A stretch of DNA of 64,000 nucleotides, taken from an uncultured Acidobacteriota bacterium (GTDB lineage: Bacteria; Acidobacteriota; Vicinamibacteria; Vicinamibacterales; SCN-69-37). The stretch lies in assembly GCA_963793255.1 (NCBI GenBank), contig CAWBZK010000007.1, positions 42,609-106,608 of the forward strand. Reading direction: 5' to 3'. The notes under the pieces were generated by a model, which was not told the origin of the DNA, did no database searches, and saw nothing but the letters and a program-made list of their open reading frames with translations. Made by a program: the position numbers and the translations under genes. Positions 9,807 through 20,514 of the stretch are shown piece by piece. Within the stretch, counting starts at the first letter, position 1. Each line of letters starts with the position of its first letter.

Positions 9807-10390
9807 TGCGGCGCCTGCTCGTGCCGTTGGCGGTCGTGGCGCTACTCGTGCTGGCGCGCGCCTATCTCGCCACCGAAGGCTCGACGCCATCGGGACAACC
9901 CGCGCTCGAACACCTGAAGGGCGCCGACGCCTTGAAGGCGCATTTCAACCGCGACCCCAGCCAATGGCGCGTCCTGATACTGCTCGCACCCTCGTGCTGG
10001 GTCTGCCTGAAAGGCGCGCGCGTGATTGAGGAGATCCTTCAACAGCGCGCGAATCTGCCACTCTCGGTGCTCGTCGTCTGGCAGCCGATGCTGACGACCG
10101 ACTGGGGCCGGCCCGGAACCAGAACACTCGGCCGGCTCACCGACCAGCGCGTGCGACAGTTCTGGGACGCGGATCGCACCGTCGCTCACGCCCTCAAGAC
10201 CTCGTTCTCTGAACGGGAGGACGGACTCGGTTGTTGCGTCACGGACGGCGTCTGGTGGGATCTCATGGCGGTGTTTCCACCCGGCACGGAATGGAGCGAA
10301 CGGTTTCCCGAGCCATTGCTGCTTGATGGCACCGTGGAGGAGGTGGCGGACCGATTCACCGCGCTCCTGGACGGATCGCACGCTAGATGA
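9806..10390 (+). CDS. Membrane-anchored thioredoxin-like (CxxC) protein
   Basis: N-terminal TM MRRLLVPLAVVALLVLA; RVLILLAPSCWVCLKGA; VVWQPML; DQRVRQFWD. TGATG and ATGA couplings on both sides. Confidence 0.65.
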   Translation: MRRLLVPLAVVALLVLARAYLATEGSTPSGQPALEHLKGADALKAHFNRDPSQWRVLILLAPSCWVCLKGARVIEEILQQRANLPLSVLVVWQPMLTTDWGRPGTRTLGRLTDQRVRQFWDADRTVAHALKTSFSEREDGLGCCVTDGVWWDLMAVFPPGTEWSERFPEPLLLDGTVEEVADRFTALLDGSHAR

Positions 10391-12075
10391 AGAGCCTCAC
10401 CACGATTCTTCAGGCGCACGTGGCCAAGGGTCAGCAGCGCAGCAACCTGCGCGTGCTGCTCATGCTTCTCGCCGTGCTGGCCACCATCATCGTGCTCTTC
10501 AGCGTGATGTTTCACGCCCTGATGGCGCGCGAGGGTCAAACGCACAGCTGGCTGACGGGCTTCTATTGGACCATCGTCGCGATGTCCACGCTCGGCTTCG
10601 GCGACATTACGTTCACGACCGATCTCGGCCGGATGTTCTCCGTGCTCGTGGTGGTGACGGGCACGATGCTGATGCTCATCATCCTGCCCTTCACGTTCAT
10701 CCAGTTCTTCTACGCGCCGTGGCTCGAGGCGCGCGACGCCGCCCGCGCGCCTCGCCGATTGCCGCCCTCGACGAAAGGGCACGTGCTCCTCACCGGCTAC
10801 GGTCCGCTCGATGACACGCTGGCACAGCGATTTCGCCGCTTGAGAACGCCCTACACGGTGATTGTCCCGGACCTTCAGGACGCGTTGAACCTCGAAGCGG
10901 CCGGTGTCCCGGTCATGGTCGGCGACCTCGACGATCCGGAAACGTACGTGCGCGCCCAAATCAGTCAGGCCGCGCTCGTCGTCGCCGCGCTCTCGGATCC
11001 GGAGAATGCAAGCATTGCGGCGACCGTCCGCGAGCGGTCGACAACGGTCACGATCGTGGCGCTCGCGTCGTCGGAAGACTCTGCGGAAATCCTCAAATTG
11101 GCCGGCTGCGAACAGGTCATTCAACTTGGCGAACTGCTCGGCGCCTCAATGGCGCGTCGTGTCTTCGGACGGGACGGCCGAAGCCACGTCATCGGACAGA
11201 TCGATCAGCTCGTCGTCGCCGAAGCCGGCGCGGCTGGAACGGCGCTCGTCGGCAAGGCCGTGCGCGACAGCGGACTGCGCGCGCGGTTCAACTTGAATAT
11301 CGCCGGCTTGTGGACGCGGGGCCACTTCAGCCTCGCGCGACCGGAAACCATCATCGCCGCCGACAGCGTGTTGCTCCTCACGGGCACGCGCGACCAGCTC
11401 GAGGCGTATGACGCCGCCTTCGACGCGGCCGTCGACAAGCCCGCGTCTGCCGTGATTCTCGGCGGCGGTCGTGTCGGTCGAGCCGCGGCCGCAGCGCTCA
11501 GTCAGCGTGGTGTCGACTACCGGATCGTCGAGAAGGAAGACACGCGATCGCTGGATCCAGCGAAGACGATCGTCGGCGACGCCGCGGACATGGACGCGCT
11601 CAACCCGGCCGGCATCCAAACGGCCGACAGCGTTCTCGTGACGACGCACGACGATGCCGTCAACATCTACTTGACGTTGTACTGCCGCCGCCTGCGACCC
11701 GACGTGCTCATCCTCAGCCGATCGACACTCGAGCGCAACGCCACGACGTTGCACCGAATGGGCGCCGACTACGTGTTCTCGTCCACGTCGATGGCGGCCA
11801 GCATGATTCTCAACATGCTCGGCAAACGGCGGCGACTGTTTCTGGCCGAGGGCCTGGACGTCTTCACGACACCAGTGCCTCGCGCGCTCGTCGACCGGAC
11901 GCTCGCAAACAGCCACATCCGCCAGGACACCGGTTGCAACGTGCTCGCGGTCCTGAGCGGCGGCCAGACAAGCGGCCATCTCGATATCTCGACGCCTTTC
12001 CCGGCCAACGGTGAGCTCATCCTCATTGGCGACCGCGAGGCCGAGGAACGGTTCTTTCAGCAGTACCCAGAGTAG
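10387..12075 (+). CDS. Potassium channel protein with tandem RCK (TrkA-N/TrkA-C) domains
   Basis: Two TMs flanking the pore motif MSTLGFGD; Rossmann motifs TGYGP and LGGGRVG. Confidence 0.88.
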   Translation: MKSLTTILQAHVAKGQQRSNLRVLLMLLAVLATIIVLFSVMFHALMAREGQTHSWLTGFYWTIVAMSTLGFGDITFTTDLGRMFSVLVVVTGTMLMLIILPFTFIQFFYAPWLEARDAARAPRRLPPSTKGHVLLTGYGPLDDTLAQRFRRLRTPYTVIVPDLQDALNLEAAGVPVMVGDLDDPETYVRAQISQAALVVAALSDPENASIAATVRERSTTVTIVALASSEDSAEILKLAGCEQVIQLGELLGASMARRVFGRDGRSHVIGQIDQLVVAEAGAAGTALVGKAVRDSGLRARFNLNIAGLWTRGHFSLARPETIIAADSVLLLTGTRDQLEAYDAAFDAAVDKPASAVILGGGRVGRAAAAALSQRGVDYRIVEKEDTRSLDPAKTIVGDAADMDALNPAGIQTADSVLVTTHDDAVNIYLTLYCRRLRPDVLILSRSTLERNATTLHRMGADYVFSSTSMAASMILNMLGKRRRLFLAEGLDVFTTPVPRALVDRTLANSHIRQDTGCNVLAVLSGGQTSGHLDISTPFPANGELILIGDREAEERFFQQYPE

Positions 12076-12084
12076 GGGGATTTC

Positions 12085-12949
12085 ATGCGGATTGCCGCCG
12101 CCACTTCACTCGTCCTCACCGCGCTCGTAGGCGGCGTCGCGTCCCAGGCGCCCGCTCCAGTTGTCGCGAACGCTTCGGCCGTCATCGCCGTCGAGCGGGA
12201 GTTCGCGGCGGACGGCGCGACGCGAGGGTGGGCGGCGTCCTTCCGGCGCTACCACGCCCCAGACGCAATCGTCCTCCAGCCAGACCCGATCAAGGCCGAG
12301 ATTACGCTGGCGAAGGTGGACGGCGACGGCCCGAATACGCTGCTCTGGCGTCCGTCGTACGCGGGCATCGCGCGTTCCGGTGATTTCGGTTTCACGACGG
12401 GCCCGGTGCAGATCCGAGGTCAGGACGGCGTACGCAGCCACTACTTCACAATCTGGCGGAAACAGGCAGACGGCAGCTGGAAGTGGATTTTCGATGCGGG
12501 CTGCGACGTCAGCGATCTCAATCCACTGCCGGCGGACGCTGACGTGCCCGATGTTGCCTGTCGCAGCGCAAGGCACGGGATCGGCCAAATCCGCCATTGA
12601 TGCCGTCGGGGCGATTGAGGACGCGGCGTTGGTGGATGCGCGCGGAGCCGTCGGCCGATTGCTGGCAAGCCTTTCGGCCGATGCGCGCGTGAACCGGGCC
12701 GGCCAGCGTCCCGCCGCCGGTCAACCGGCGGCCGCCGACCTCATGCGCCAGGACGGCTCAGTCACGTTCAAGTCTCTTATGCGAGAGTCGTCGTCGTCGG
12801 GCGACCTGGTATTCACGTTGGGCGAGGCGCGCGATCAGTTCGAAGGCAAGGAACGTCTGCGCTACTACGCGCGGGTCTGGCAATGGCGTCCTGAAGGCTG
12901 GCGCCTCGTGTTCGACGAGCTCGTGCCCCGCCGCGTGCCGCCGGCGTAA
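12085..12949 (+). CDS. Secreted tandem NTF2/SnoaL-like (DUF4440-like) protein (frameshifted)
   Basis: Signal peptide; two repeats, SGDFGFTTGP..YFTIWRKQADGSWKWIFD and SGDLVFTLG..YARVWQWRPEGWRLVFD. Confidence 0.7.
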
Positions 12950-13049
12950 TCGTACGACCTCCGAAGCATCGCCAACTGCTCTCGCAGCATGTCAAGCGTG
13001 CGCGGACACATCCGGCCCGGGCGGGCTAAGATCGCCCTGGAGCATCTGT

Positions 13050-13460
13050 TTGGCCAGAGCGAGAATCAGTTCGGTGAACGAGTACCTCGCGTCGCAGCCG
13101 AAATCGGCCCGGGCCGCGCTGAGGCGCGTGCGCAGCATCATCCGAAAAGCCATCCCCAACGCCGAAGAAGCGATCGCCTACGGAATCCCTGCGTTCAAGC
13201 TGAATGGCCGCGTCGTGCTGTACCTCGCCGGCTGGAAGGCACACTACTCGCTCTACCCTTCGAGCCGAGCGCTCGAGCAGGCGTTCAGGGACGAACTCGC
13301 GCCTTATGAGTTGAGCAACAAGGGGACGATACGGTTCCCGCTGTCGGAGCCCGTGCCCGTGAAACTGATTGAGCGGATCGCGAAGTTTCGGGTGAAGGAA
13401 TCCGTCGAGCGCGCGAAGGCTACCAGGACGGCGACGTCACGATCCGCGCGCCAGCGGTGA
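13050..13460 (+). CDS. DUF1801 (YdhG-like) protein
   Basis: SVNEYLASQP, AIPNAEEAIAYGIPAF, WKAHYSLYP, KGTIRFPLSEPVP. Confidence 0.8.
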   Translation: MARARISSVNEYLASQPKSARAALRRVRSIIRKAIPNAEEAIAYGIPAFKLNGRVVLYLAGWKAHYSLYPSSRALEQAFRDELAPYELSNKGTIRFPLSEPVPVKLIERIAKFRVKESVERAKATRTATSRSARQR

Positions 13461-13496
13461 ACCGCCGCACCCGGGAGACGAGGAGTGGATTGACTG

Positions 13497-13552
13497 AAAA
13501 AAGGGGTCGGGACGCTTTTTACCTAGAACGTAAAAAGCATCCCGACCCTTTT
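13497..13552. repeat. REP-like inverted repeat (family A, copy 2)
   Basis: AAAAAAGGGGTCGGGACGCTTTTTAC-ctagaac-GTAAAAAGCATCCCGACCCTTTT; near-identical to 1600-1654, between convergent genes. Confidence 0.9.
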
Positions 13553-13558
13553 CCTGTT

Positions 13559-16349
13559 CTATGCGCAGCCGCTGGTGGTGCCGCAGTTCGAGCACTTATA
13601 GCAGGCGCCGGAGCGGACCATGATCGAGCCGCAGGTCGAGCAGGGCGGCGCGTCTTCCTGGTTCTGGATCGCGGCGAACTTGGAGCTCGCGACCGCGGGC
13701 TTCGGCGACGGCCTGGCCTGCGGCCGCTGCGGGCTGGCCGCGCGGTGGCCGTGACGTCGAGGACGAGCTGCTCGGGCGACGTCACCTCATCGCGGTTGTT
13801 CAAGCCGGCGCGATACTGCGCTTCCTGCGACAGGAACTTCGCCGCGAGCCACCGGAAGATGTAGTCCACGATCGACTTCGCGAACCGGATGTCCGCGTTG
13901 CGCGTCATGCCGGACGGCTCGAACCGGACGTGGCTGAACTTGTCCACGAGGTCCTGCAGCGGCACGCCGTACTGGAGCGCGTAGCTGATCGCCTGCGCGA
14001 ACGCATCCGCGAAGCCCGAGATCGTCGATCCTTCCTTGGCCATCGTCAGGAACAACTCGCCCGGCATCCCGTCTTCGTAGAGGCCGACGGTGATGTAGCC
14101 CTCGTGTCCGGCGATGTCGAACTTGTGGGTGATCGAGTGGCGCTCGTCGGGCAGCCGGTGGCGGCTCGGTCCGGCGGCCACGGCTTCGGCGCCGCGGCCA
14201 GCTTGTCCTTCGACGTGTTGAGCGGCTGCGTGCGCTTGCTGCCGTCGCGGTAGATCGAGACGGCCTTGGCGCCGATGCGCCACGCGTCGATGTAGGCGCG
14301 CTCGATCTCTTCCACGGTCGCGCCCTTCGGTACGTTGACCGTCTTCGAGATCGCGCCGGAGATGAAGGGCTGAACGGCGCCCATCATCTTGATGTGCCCC
14401 ATGTAGTGGATGGAACGCACGCCGCGCGCCGGCTTGAACGCGCAGTCGAACACCGCGAGGTCCTTGTCCTTGAGATGCGGCGCGCCCTCGATGGTCTCGT
14501 TCTCGTCGATGTACCCGATGATTTCCTTGACCTCGGTGGCCGAGTAGCCGAGCTTCGTCAGGGCCATCGGCACGGTGTTGTTGACGATCTTCATCAACCC
14601 GCCGCCGACGAGCTTCTTGTACTTCACGAGCGCGATGTCGGGTTCGACGCCGGTCGTGTCGCAGTCCATCATGAAGCCGATGGTGCCGGTCGGCGCGAGC
14701 ACGGTCGCCTGCGCATTCCGGTAGCCGTGCTCGTCACCGAGCTCGACGCACTCGTCCCAGACCTTCTTCGCGTACTCGAACAGATCCTTCGGCACGTGCG
14801 TGCGGTCGATGTCCTTGAGCGCGGCGCGGTGCTTGCGCATGACGCGGAGCATCGGCTCGCGGTTCTTCTCGTAGCCGGGGAACGCGCCGCCGTGGTCGCG
14901 CGCGACGCGCGACGACTGCGCGTAGGCGGCGCCGTGCATGACGGCCGTGATCGCCGCCGCATAGTCGCGGCCGGCGTCGCTGTCGTACGGCAGACCGCGT
15001 GACATCAGGAGCGCGCCGAGGTTCGCGTAACCCAGCCCGAGCGGCCGGTAGTCGTGGCTGTTCCGCCCGATCGGCTTGCGTCGGGTAGCTGGCGTTGTCC
15101 ACCAGGATTTCCTGGGCCGTGATGAACGTCTCGCACGCCTTGCCGAACGCTTCCGCGTCGAACTCGCCGTCCTCGCCGCACGAACTTCATCAGGTTGATC
15201 GACGCGAGATTGCACGCCGAATCATCCAGGAACATGTACTCCGAGCAGGGGTTGCTCGCGTTGATGCGCGCCGTGTTCGGGCAGGTGTGCCACTCGTTGA
15301 CGGTCGAGTCGAACTGCATGCCCGGATCGCCGCACACCCACGTGGCATCGGCGATCTGACGCATCAGGTCGCGCGCCTTGTAGGTGTCCATCGGCTCGCC
15401 GCTCGTCACCGCGTGCGTCTGCCACTCGCTGTCGTCGAGCACCGCGCGCATGAACTCGTCGGTCACGCGCACCGAGTTGTTCGAGTTCTGGAAGAACACC
15501 GACGCATAGGCCGGGCCCGTGAACGAGCCGTCGTAACCCGCGTCGATCAGCGCCCACGCCTTCTTCTCTTCCTCGACCTTGCAGTTGATGAACTCGACGA
15601 CGTCGGGATGATCGGCGTTGAGGATGACCATCTTCGCCGCGCGGCGCGTCTTGCCGCCGGACTTGATGACGCCGGCAAACGCGTCGAAGCCCTTCATGAA
15701 CGAGACCGGGCCGGACGCCGTGCCGCCACCGGCCAGCACTTCGCGCGACGACCGGATCGACGACAGGTTGGATCCGGTGCCGGATCCGAACTTGAAGAGC
15801 ATGCCCTCGGTCTTGGCGAGCGTCAGAATCGACTCCATCGTGTCCTGCACGGAGTTGATGAAGCAGGCCGAGCACTGCGGCGCCTTCTCGAAGCCGCAGT
15901 TGAACCACACCGGGCTGTTGAACGAGCCCTTCTGATAGACCAGCAGATGCTTGAGGTCGTCGCTGAACGCCTGCAGGTCGTCCTCGGACGCGAAGTACTC
16001 CTGCTCGCGGGCCCAGCGCGTGATCGTCTCCACGACGCGACCGACAAGCTGCTTGCACGGAGCGTTCACGCTGCGGCGTGCCGATCTGCCCGCGGAAGTA
16101 TTTCGAGACGACGATGTTCGTCGCCTGCTGCGACCAGAAACGGGGGAACTCGACGTCGCGTTGCTCGAAGACCAGCTCGCCGCGTTCGTTGGTGATGACC
16201 GCGGAGCGCAGCTCCCACTCGATTTCGTCGAAGGGATCGACACCGTCCTTGGCGAAAAACCGCTCATAATCGAGGCCTGTCACCGACCGTCCCGGACCAA
16301 AGGTCCGATCGGTCGCCTGAGTCGTGGTTTCCGCCTGCTGAACCTGCAT
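13559..16349 (-). CDS. nrdJ: Vitamin B12-dependent (class II) ribonucleotide reductase with TSCPD domain and C-terminal Zn ribbon (several frameshifts)
   Basis: FNSPVWFN, QCSACFI, KSGGKTRRAAKM, NASNPCSE, CNLAS, APTGTI, SGAISKTVN, YRDGSK; ends CSTCG..CYKCSNCGTTSGCA*. SD GGGGGAGG before ATG 16349. Confidence 0.93.
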
Positions 16350-16451
16350 GCTGCCTCCCCCCATTTCGTACACAGCGGCGCTTTCGCCTCGTCGAACCTG
16401 CTCGAATTGTCGAGTGGTCGTTCCCTCGCGGGCCGCGTCCCGCGGAGAGGG

Positions 16452-16480
16452 AATATGCGCCTCGGTTACTTTGTTGTCAA
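16452..16480 (-). promoter_or_regulatory. Sigma70-type promoter for nrdJ
   Basis: Minus strand TTGACA(16480-16475)-N17-CATATT(16457-16452). Confidence 0.65.
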
Positions 16481-16487
16481 GACGTTC

Positions 16488-16535
16488 CTACGACATATTG
16501 TGTCGCGTCGGACGCCGTAACGCCAGATATTGACA
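16488..16535. promoter_or_regulatory. Tandem NrdR boxes
   Basis: CTACGACATATTGTGT (16488-16503) and ACGCCAGATATTGACA (16520-16535) fit acaCwAtATaTwGtgt, are 32 bp apart and lie upstream of an RNR gene. Confidence 0.85.
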
Positions 16536-16621
16536 ACCGGCCGCGTCTGTACGCCGGTTCTTGCACGTGCCCTAATTTCGATGCCAGACAAGCCGGTGGC
16601 GTAGAATCGCGTCGCCCCGAA

Positions 16622-17748
16622 ATGACCGGGGCGAAAATGACCTTTCCCCGCCCGTGGACGACCGCCGTGCTCTGGCTGGCCGCCTCCCGCGCCGTGATCC
16701 TCGTCATCGGCCTGGTCGGCGCGGCCCTCTTCGTCAACCAGCGAACCCTCGAGATTGCGGGGCCCGCCGCGCTCAATCCCGAGACGGTCTGGCAGAAATG
16801 GGACGCGGTCTGGTACGAACGCGTGGCGCGCGAGGGCTACGTGGCGGCGCCGGACGATCCGGTCGGCCAAGCCAAGGCCGGCTTCTTCCCGTTGTATCCG
16901 TGGCTCGTGGGGCTCGGGCTCAAGGTCATGCCTTCCGCCTCGTTCTTCTGGGTCGGCTCGATCCTCTCCAACCTCCTGACGTTCATCGCGCTCGGCCTGG
17001 CTCGTCTCATCGCTGGCGCCAAGCGGCGAACATGCCCGACGCGCGCTGCTCGTCACGGTCACCGCGGCCGGTTCGTTCTACCTCTCGATTCCCTACACCG
17101 AGGGTCTGTTTCTGCTCCTCGTCGTCGCGACCATGGTCTTCACGAGGCAGCGACGGTACCTGGCTCGCGGCCGTGGCCTGCGGCCTCAGCGCCGTCACGC
17201 GCATCCACGGCCTGGCGCTCATCGCGGTGCCGGCGATCGCATGCCTTGCCGACACGAACATGCCGCGGGCCGTGCGCGTTCGTCAGGTCATCCTGATGGG
17301 CGCGATCTTCGCGGTGCCGCTCGGCGTGCACATGGTGCATCTCGCCGATGTCCAGGGCGAGGCCGGCGCGTTTGTCACGCGTCAGGCTCTCTGGGACAAC
17401 GCGTTCCCGTACCCGTTCAAAGCGATTGCCGGGTTCGTCGTTTTTCCGCGACGCGTGTCAGGCTGGGTTCACGGAGCGTTCTGGTTCACGTACGTCGCGC
17501 TGCTCGTGCGCTACTGGCGCAAGCTGCCGCTTGGTGAAGCGCTCTTCTGCGCGGGCGCGCTCGTGATCTCGACGCAACAGGAGACGTTTCACGGTATCTA
17601 CCGCTACGTGATGGTGCTCGTGCCGATGACACTGGCGCTCGCTGACGATGAGCGCGCCGATTTGCGCGCGGTCATCATCGGACTCAATCTCGTGTTCGGC
17701 ACGATCATGATTCTGGCGTTCGTGACGAATAACAGGCTTGTCGTCTGA
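16622..17748 (+). CDS. GT-C fold mannosyltransferase-like membrane protein (PIG-V/PMT-like; frameshifted)
   Basis: KWDAVWYERVAREGY, GFFPLYP, PYTEGLFL, VTRIHG, IYRYVM; multi-TM. Confidence 0.78.
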
Positions 17749-17785
17749 AGCCCCAACGACGCGCAGCACCACGGGATCGACAGCC

Positions 17786-19669
17786 TCACTCCACTACTGC
17801 CAACGGCCCCACCATGAGCCGGCAGCGCGCGTCGGAGACCTGCAACTGGAGCTCGCGCACGTCCGCCGGCGAGGAGGCCGGTGGCAGGCTGAAGCGCAAG
17901 GGCATCCACGCCTTCGTGTCCGGGCGTACCTGATCGGCGACGCGGCCATCGAAGACCACGTTCACGCGGCACTCGGGCGGCGCCGGTTCCTCCCAGCGCA
18001 GCGGCAATGTCACGACCTGAGCCTCGGATGCGATGCGCCAGGTCGACTCCGCTTCCGCGATCCGATACGGCACGTCGTCGATCGTGCCCACGACACGACT
18101 CAGTCCTTCGTCGTCACGCGCCGCCGCCCGTGCGTCGAGAATGCGCCACGGAAGTGAGACGACGACGCCGAGAATCGCGGCCCAAAGGACGACCTGTCCC
18201 GCGCGGCCTTTGTCGGCAGGCACGGGAAGCAGCGCGGACGTCAGACCGAGCGACAGGAAAAACGCCGCCGCGACCTGTGGCACGAGCAAGGGGTGGCCGA
18301 AGATGGCGCTGATGAGGAAGGTCGCAAGACCCGCGGCCATCGCGCTGGCATAGACGACGGTGTCGGACGCGGATGCCGGCTCCCAGGGCCACCGGCGGGC
18401 CACGGGCAGGACGAGCCACAAGAACGCGAGCAGCGCAGGTATTCCCAGTTCCCCGAGGATCTGCAGGAAGTTGTTGTGCGCGTTCTGGCCGTTGGGCGCA
18501 AAGCGCCTCAGCTGGGGATACTCGTCAGTGACGTAGTGCCGGGAGGCCGATCGAAAGTTTCCGATTCCCACGCCAAAGGCCGGATGGTCACGGGTCATGT
18601 CGAACGCCAGCAGCGACATCTCCTGTCGAATCGCCGCCGCGCGACCGAGCGAGGCGTGCGAGGAGCGGGTGACAGCGCTCGCGACGAATCCCAGGAGTGG
18701 AACCAGGATCAGCACGCTCGTCGCCAGCACGAATCGCCGTGACTTGAGCATCGCCATCACGGCCACGACGCCGAGCACGATCCCGATGGCCAGCATCGCA
18801 GCGCGGGACTTTGCGACCACGAATGCCGCGCCAACCAGCGGAATCACGCCGAGCGTCAGCCACACACTCCGATGGCGAAGGGCGATGATGAGCGCAGGCA
18901 CGAGAATCAACGCGAAATACGACCCCGCGGCGTTCGGATCCTGGTGAAGCGCCGAGATGCGCAACTCGCTGAGGATGTGTTTCAGAATCACCCACCGATC
19001 CGGATCGATTCGCCGTTCGAGGAGCAGCGTCCCGACGCGGAGGACGGCGAACGAGGCCGCGGCCGCTCCGCCGACCAGGAACATCCGCACGACCATTGGC
19101 GCGACCGCTGGCGCGCGACGCATCGCGCGCTCCGCGAAGACCCCAAGGGCGAGCGCGGAAATCCATCGGACGGCCTGGTGCAGGTCACCCCACTGACCGA
19201 TGGCGAACAGGTACCGGGTGGTGACGTGCCGCCAGAGGTCGGACGTGAGGTCGCGCCTTGGCGTCGCTCCCTGCTGCACGACGAGCGCGACGATCGCGGA
19301 CGCCGCGATGAGACTGCCGAGAAGCAGCGCGGGCCGACTCAGCCGGACGCCGCCCGCAGGCGCCGGCACGATCAGCCGAAAGGCCGCGCCACCCGCAAAG
19401 GCGAGCAGTATCGCCTCCGTGATGCCGGTCGCGGCCGGCACCGGTCCGAGAAAGTACTCGATCGGAACGGCGAGCGGGAGCAGGACGGCGACCGCGAGGA
19501 CGCTCGCCGCTGGCCACGACACCGCGACAAGCCAAATCGCGGCGACGAGCGCCTTCATGCCGAGCGTGACGCGTGCGTGCATGAACAGCGACATGAGCGG
19601 CAGCGAGATCAACCCGCCGAACATCACCGCGAACGTCAGCTGACCGGCCCGAGAGATCGCCGAACGCAC
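17786..19669 (-). CDS. O-antigen ligase (Wzy_C) family protein with C-terminal soluble domain
   Basis: DPNAAGSY, KSRAAM, HPAFGVGIGNF, AHNNFLQILGELG. GTG start 19669 chosen from the upstream TAAGCT. Confidence 0.82.
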   Translation of the reverse strand: MRSAISRAGQLTFAVMFGGLISLPLMSLFMHARVTLGMKALVAAIWLVAVSWPAASVLAVAVLLPLAVPIEYFLGPVPAATGITEAILLAFAGGAAFRLIVPAPAGGVRLSRPALLLGSLIAASAIVALVVQQGATPRRDLTSDLWRHVTTRYLFAIGQWGDLHQAVRWISALALGVFAERAMRRAPAVAPMVVRMFLVGGAAAASFAVLRVGTLLLERRIDPDRWVILKHILSELRISALHQDPNAAGSYFALILVPALIIALRHRSVWLTLGVIPLVGAAFVVAKSRAAMLAIGIVLGVVAVMAMLKSRRFVLATSVLILVPLLGFVASAVTRSSHASLGRAAAIRQEMSLLAFDMTRDHPAFGVGIGNFRSASRHYVTDEYPQLRRFAPNGQNAHNNFLQILGELGIPALLAFLWLVLPVARRWPWEPASASDTVVYASAMAAGLATFLISAIFGHPLLVPQVAAAFFLSLGLTSALLPVPADKGRAGQVVLWAAILGVVVSLPWRILDARAAARDDEGLSRVVGTIDDVPYRIAEAESTWRIASEAQVVTLPLRWEEPAPPECRVNVVFDGRVADQVRPDTKAWMPLRFSLPPASSPADVRELQLQVSDARCRLMVGPLAVVE

Positions 19670-19730
19670 TGCGGCCCAGCTTACCCCAGAGCCTCTCGGA
19701 CCCCGTGGAGTCGGGTGATACAGTGCTGTC

Positions 19731-20510
19731 GTGGACGAACGAGAGGCGGCATTTCCGCTCGCCGATTCGGCGGCGCCTGCCGTGCTCACCGCGCCGTCAC
19801 CCGTGCTGTCGCGATGGTCGGCGGCTCTGCAGATCCTGATGGTGAGCGGCATCCCGACGCAGTTCGATCGCGGCCTCGATTCTCGTCGATCGGGTTGCAC
19901 ATGCCCCTCGCTCGACGGGAACGGCATCTCGTTCGAATTCATCGCCGTCGTGAGTCTCGTGGACACTGCCATCGTCGCCGTGCTCATCCGAATCTTCCTG
20001 GCGTTCAGCGGCGAACAGTCGGCGGATGTCTTCGTGGGGCCGCGTCCCGTCGTCGGCGAGATCCTGCGCGGCCTGGCGTGGCTACCCATCGTGTTCGTGG
20101 GGGTCACGTCGATCGTGCTCGCCATTCGCGCCATCGCGCCCTGGATGCACAACGTCGAGACGAGCCCGTTCGAGGCGTTCCTCAAGACGCCGCTCCAGGC
20201 GGCCATCTTTCTCGTGGTCGTGGTGCTCGCCGGTGGCGTGCGTGAAGAACTGCAGCGCGCATTCATCCTGCACCGGTTCGATCAGCGTCTCGGCGGCGCA
20301 CGGGTCGGACTCGTGCTGTTCACGATCGCGTTCGGCGCGTTCCACCTCGATCAGGGCTACGACGTCGCCCTGGCCATCTGTTGCCTGGGCTTGTTCTGGG
20401 GTCTCGCCTACATCCGGCGCCGTTCCGCCATCCTGCCGATGGTGAACCACGCCAGCTTCAACGCCACACAGGTGATCCAGATCATGCTCGCCAGGGCCCT
20501 GAACGCCTGA
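19731..20510 (+). CDS. CPBP (Abi/CAAX) family intramembrane glutamic endopeptidase
   Basis: EELQRAF, FGAFH, HASFN motifs. Confidence 0.85.
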   Translation: MDEREAAFPLADSAAPAVLTAPSPVLSRWSAALQILMVSGIPTQFDRGLDSRRSGCTCPSLDGNGISFEFIAVVSLVDTAIVAVLIRIFLAFSGEQSADVFVGPRPVVGEILRGLAWLPIVFVGVTSIVLAIRAIAPWMHNVETSPFEAFLKTPLQAAIFLVVVVLAGGVREELQRAFILHRFDQRLGGARVGLVLFTIAFGAFHLDQGYDVALAICCLGLFWGLAYIRRRSAILPMVNHASFNATQVIQIMLARALNA

Positions 20511-20514
20511 GCGC

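Noticed and set aside
16350-16450. Cobalamin riboswitch in the nrdJ leader
   Set aside because: The leader is only about 100 nt and has no recognisable B12-box or conserved GGGAA/GCCACTG core.
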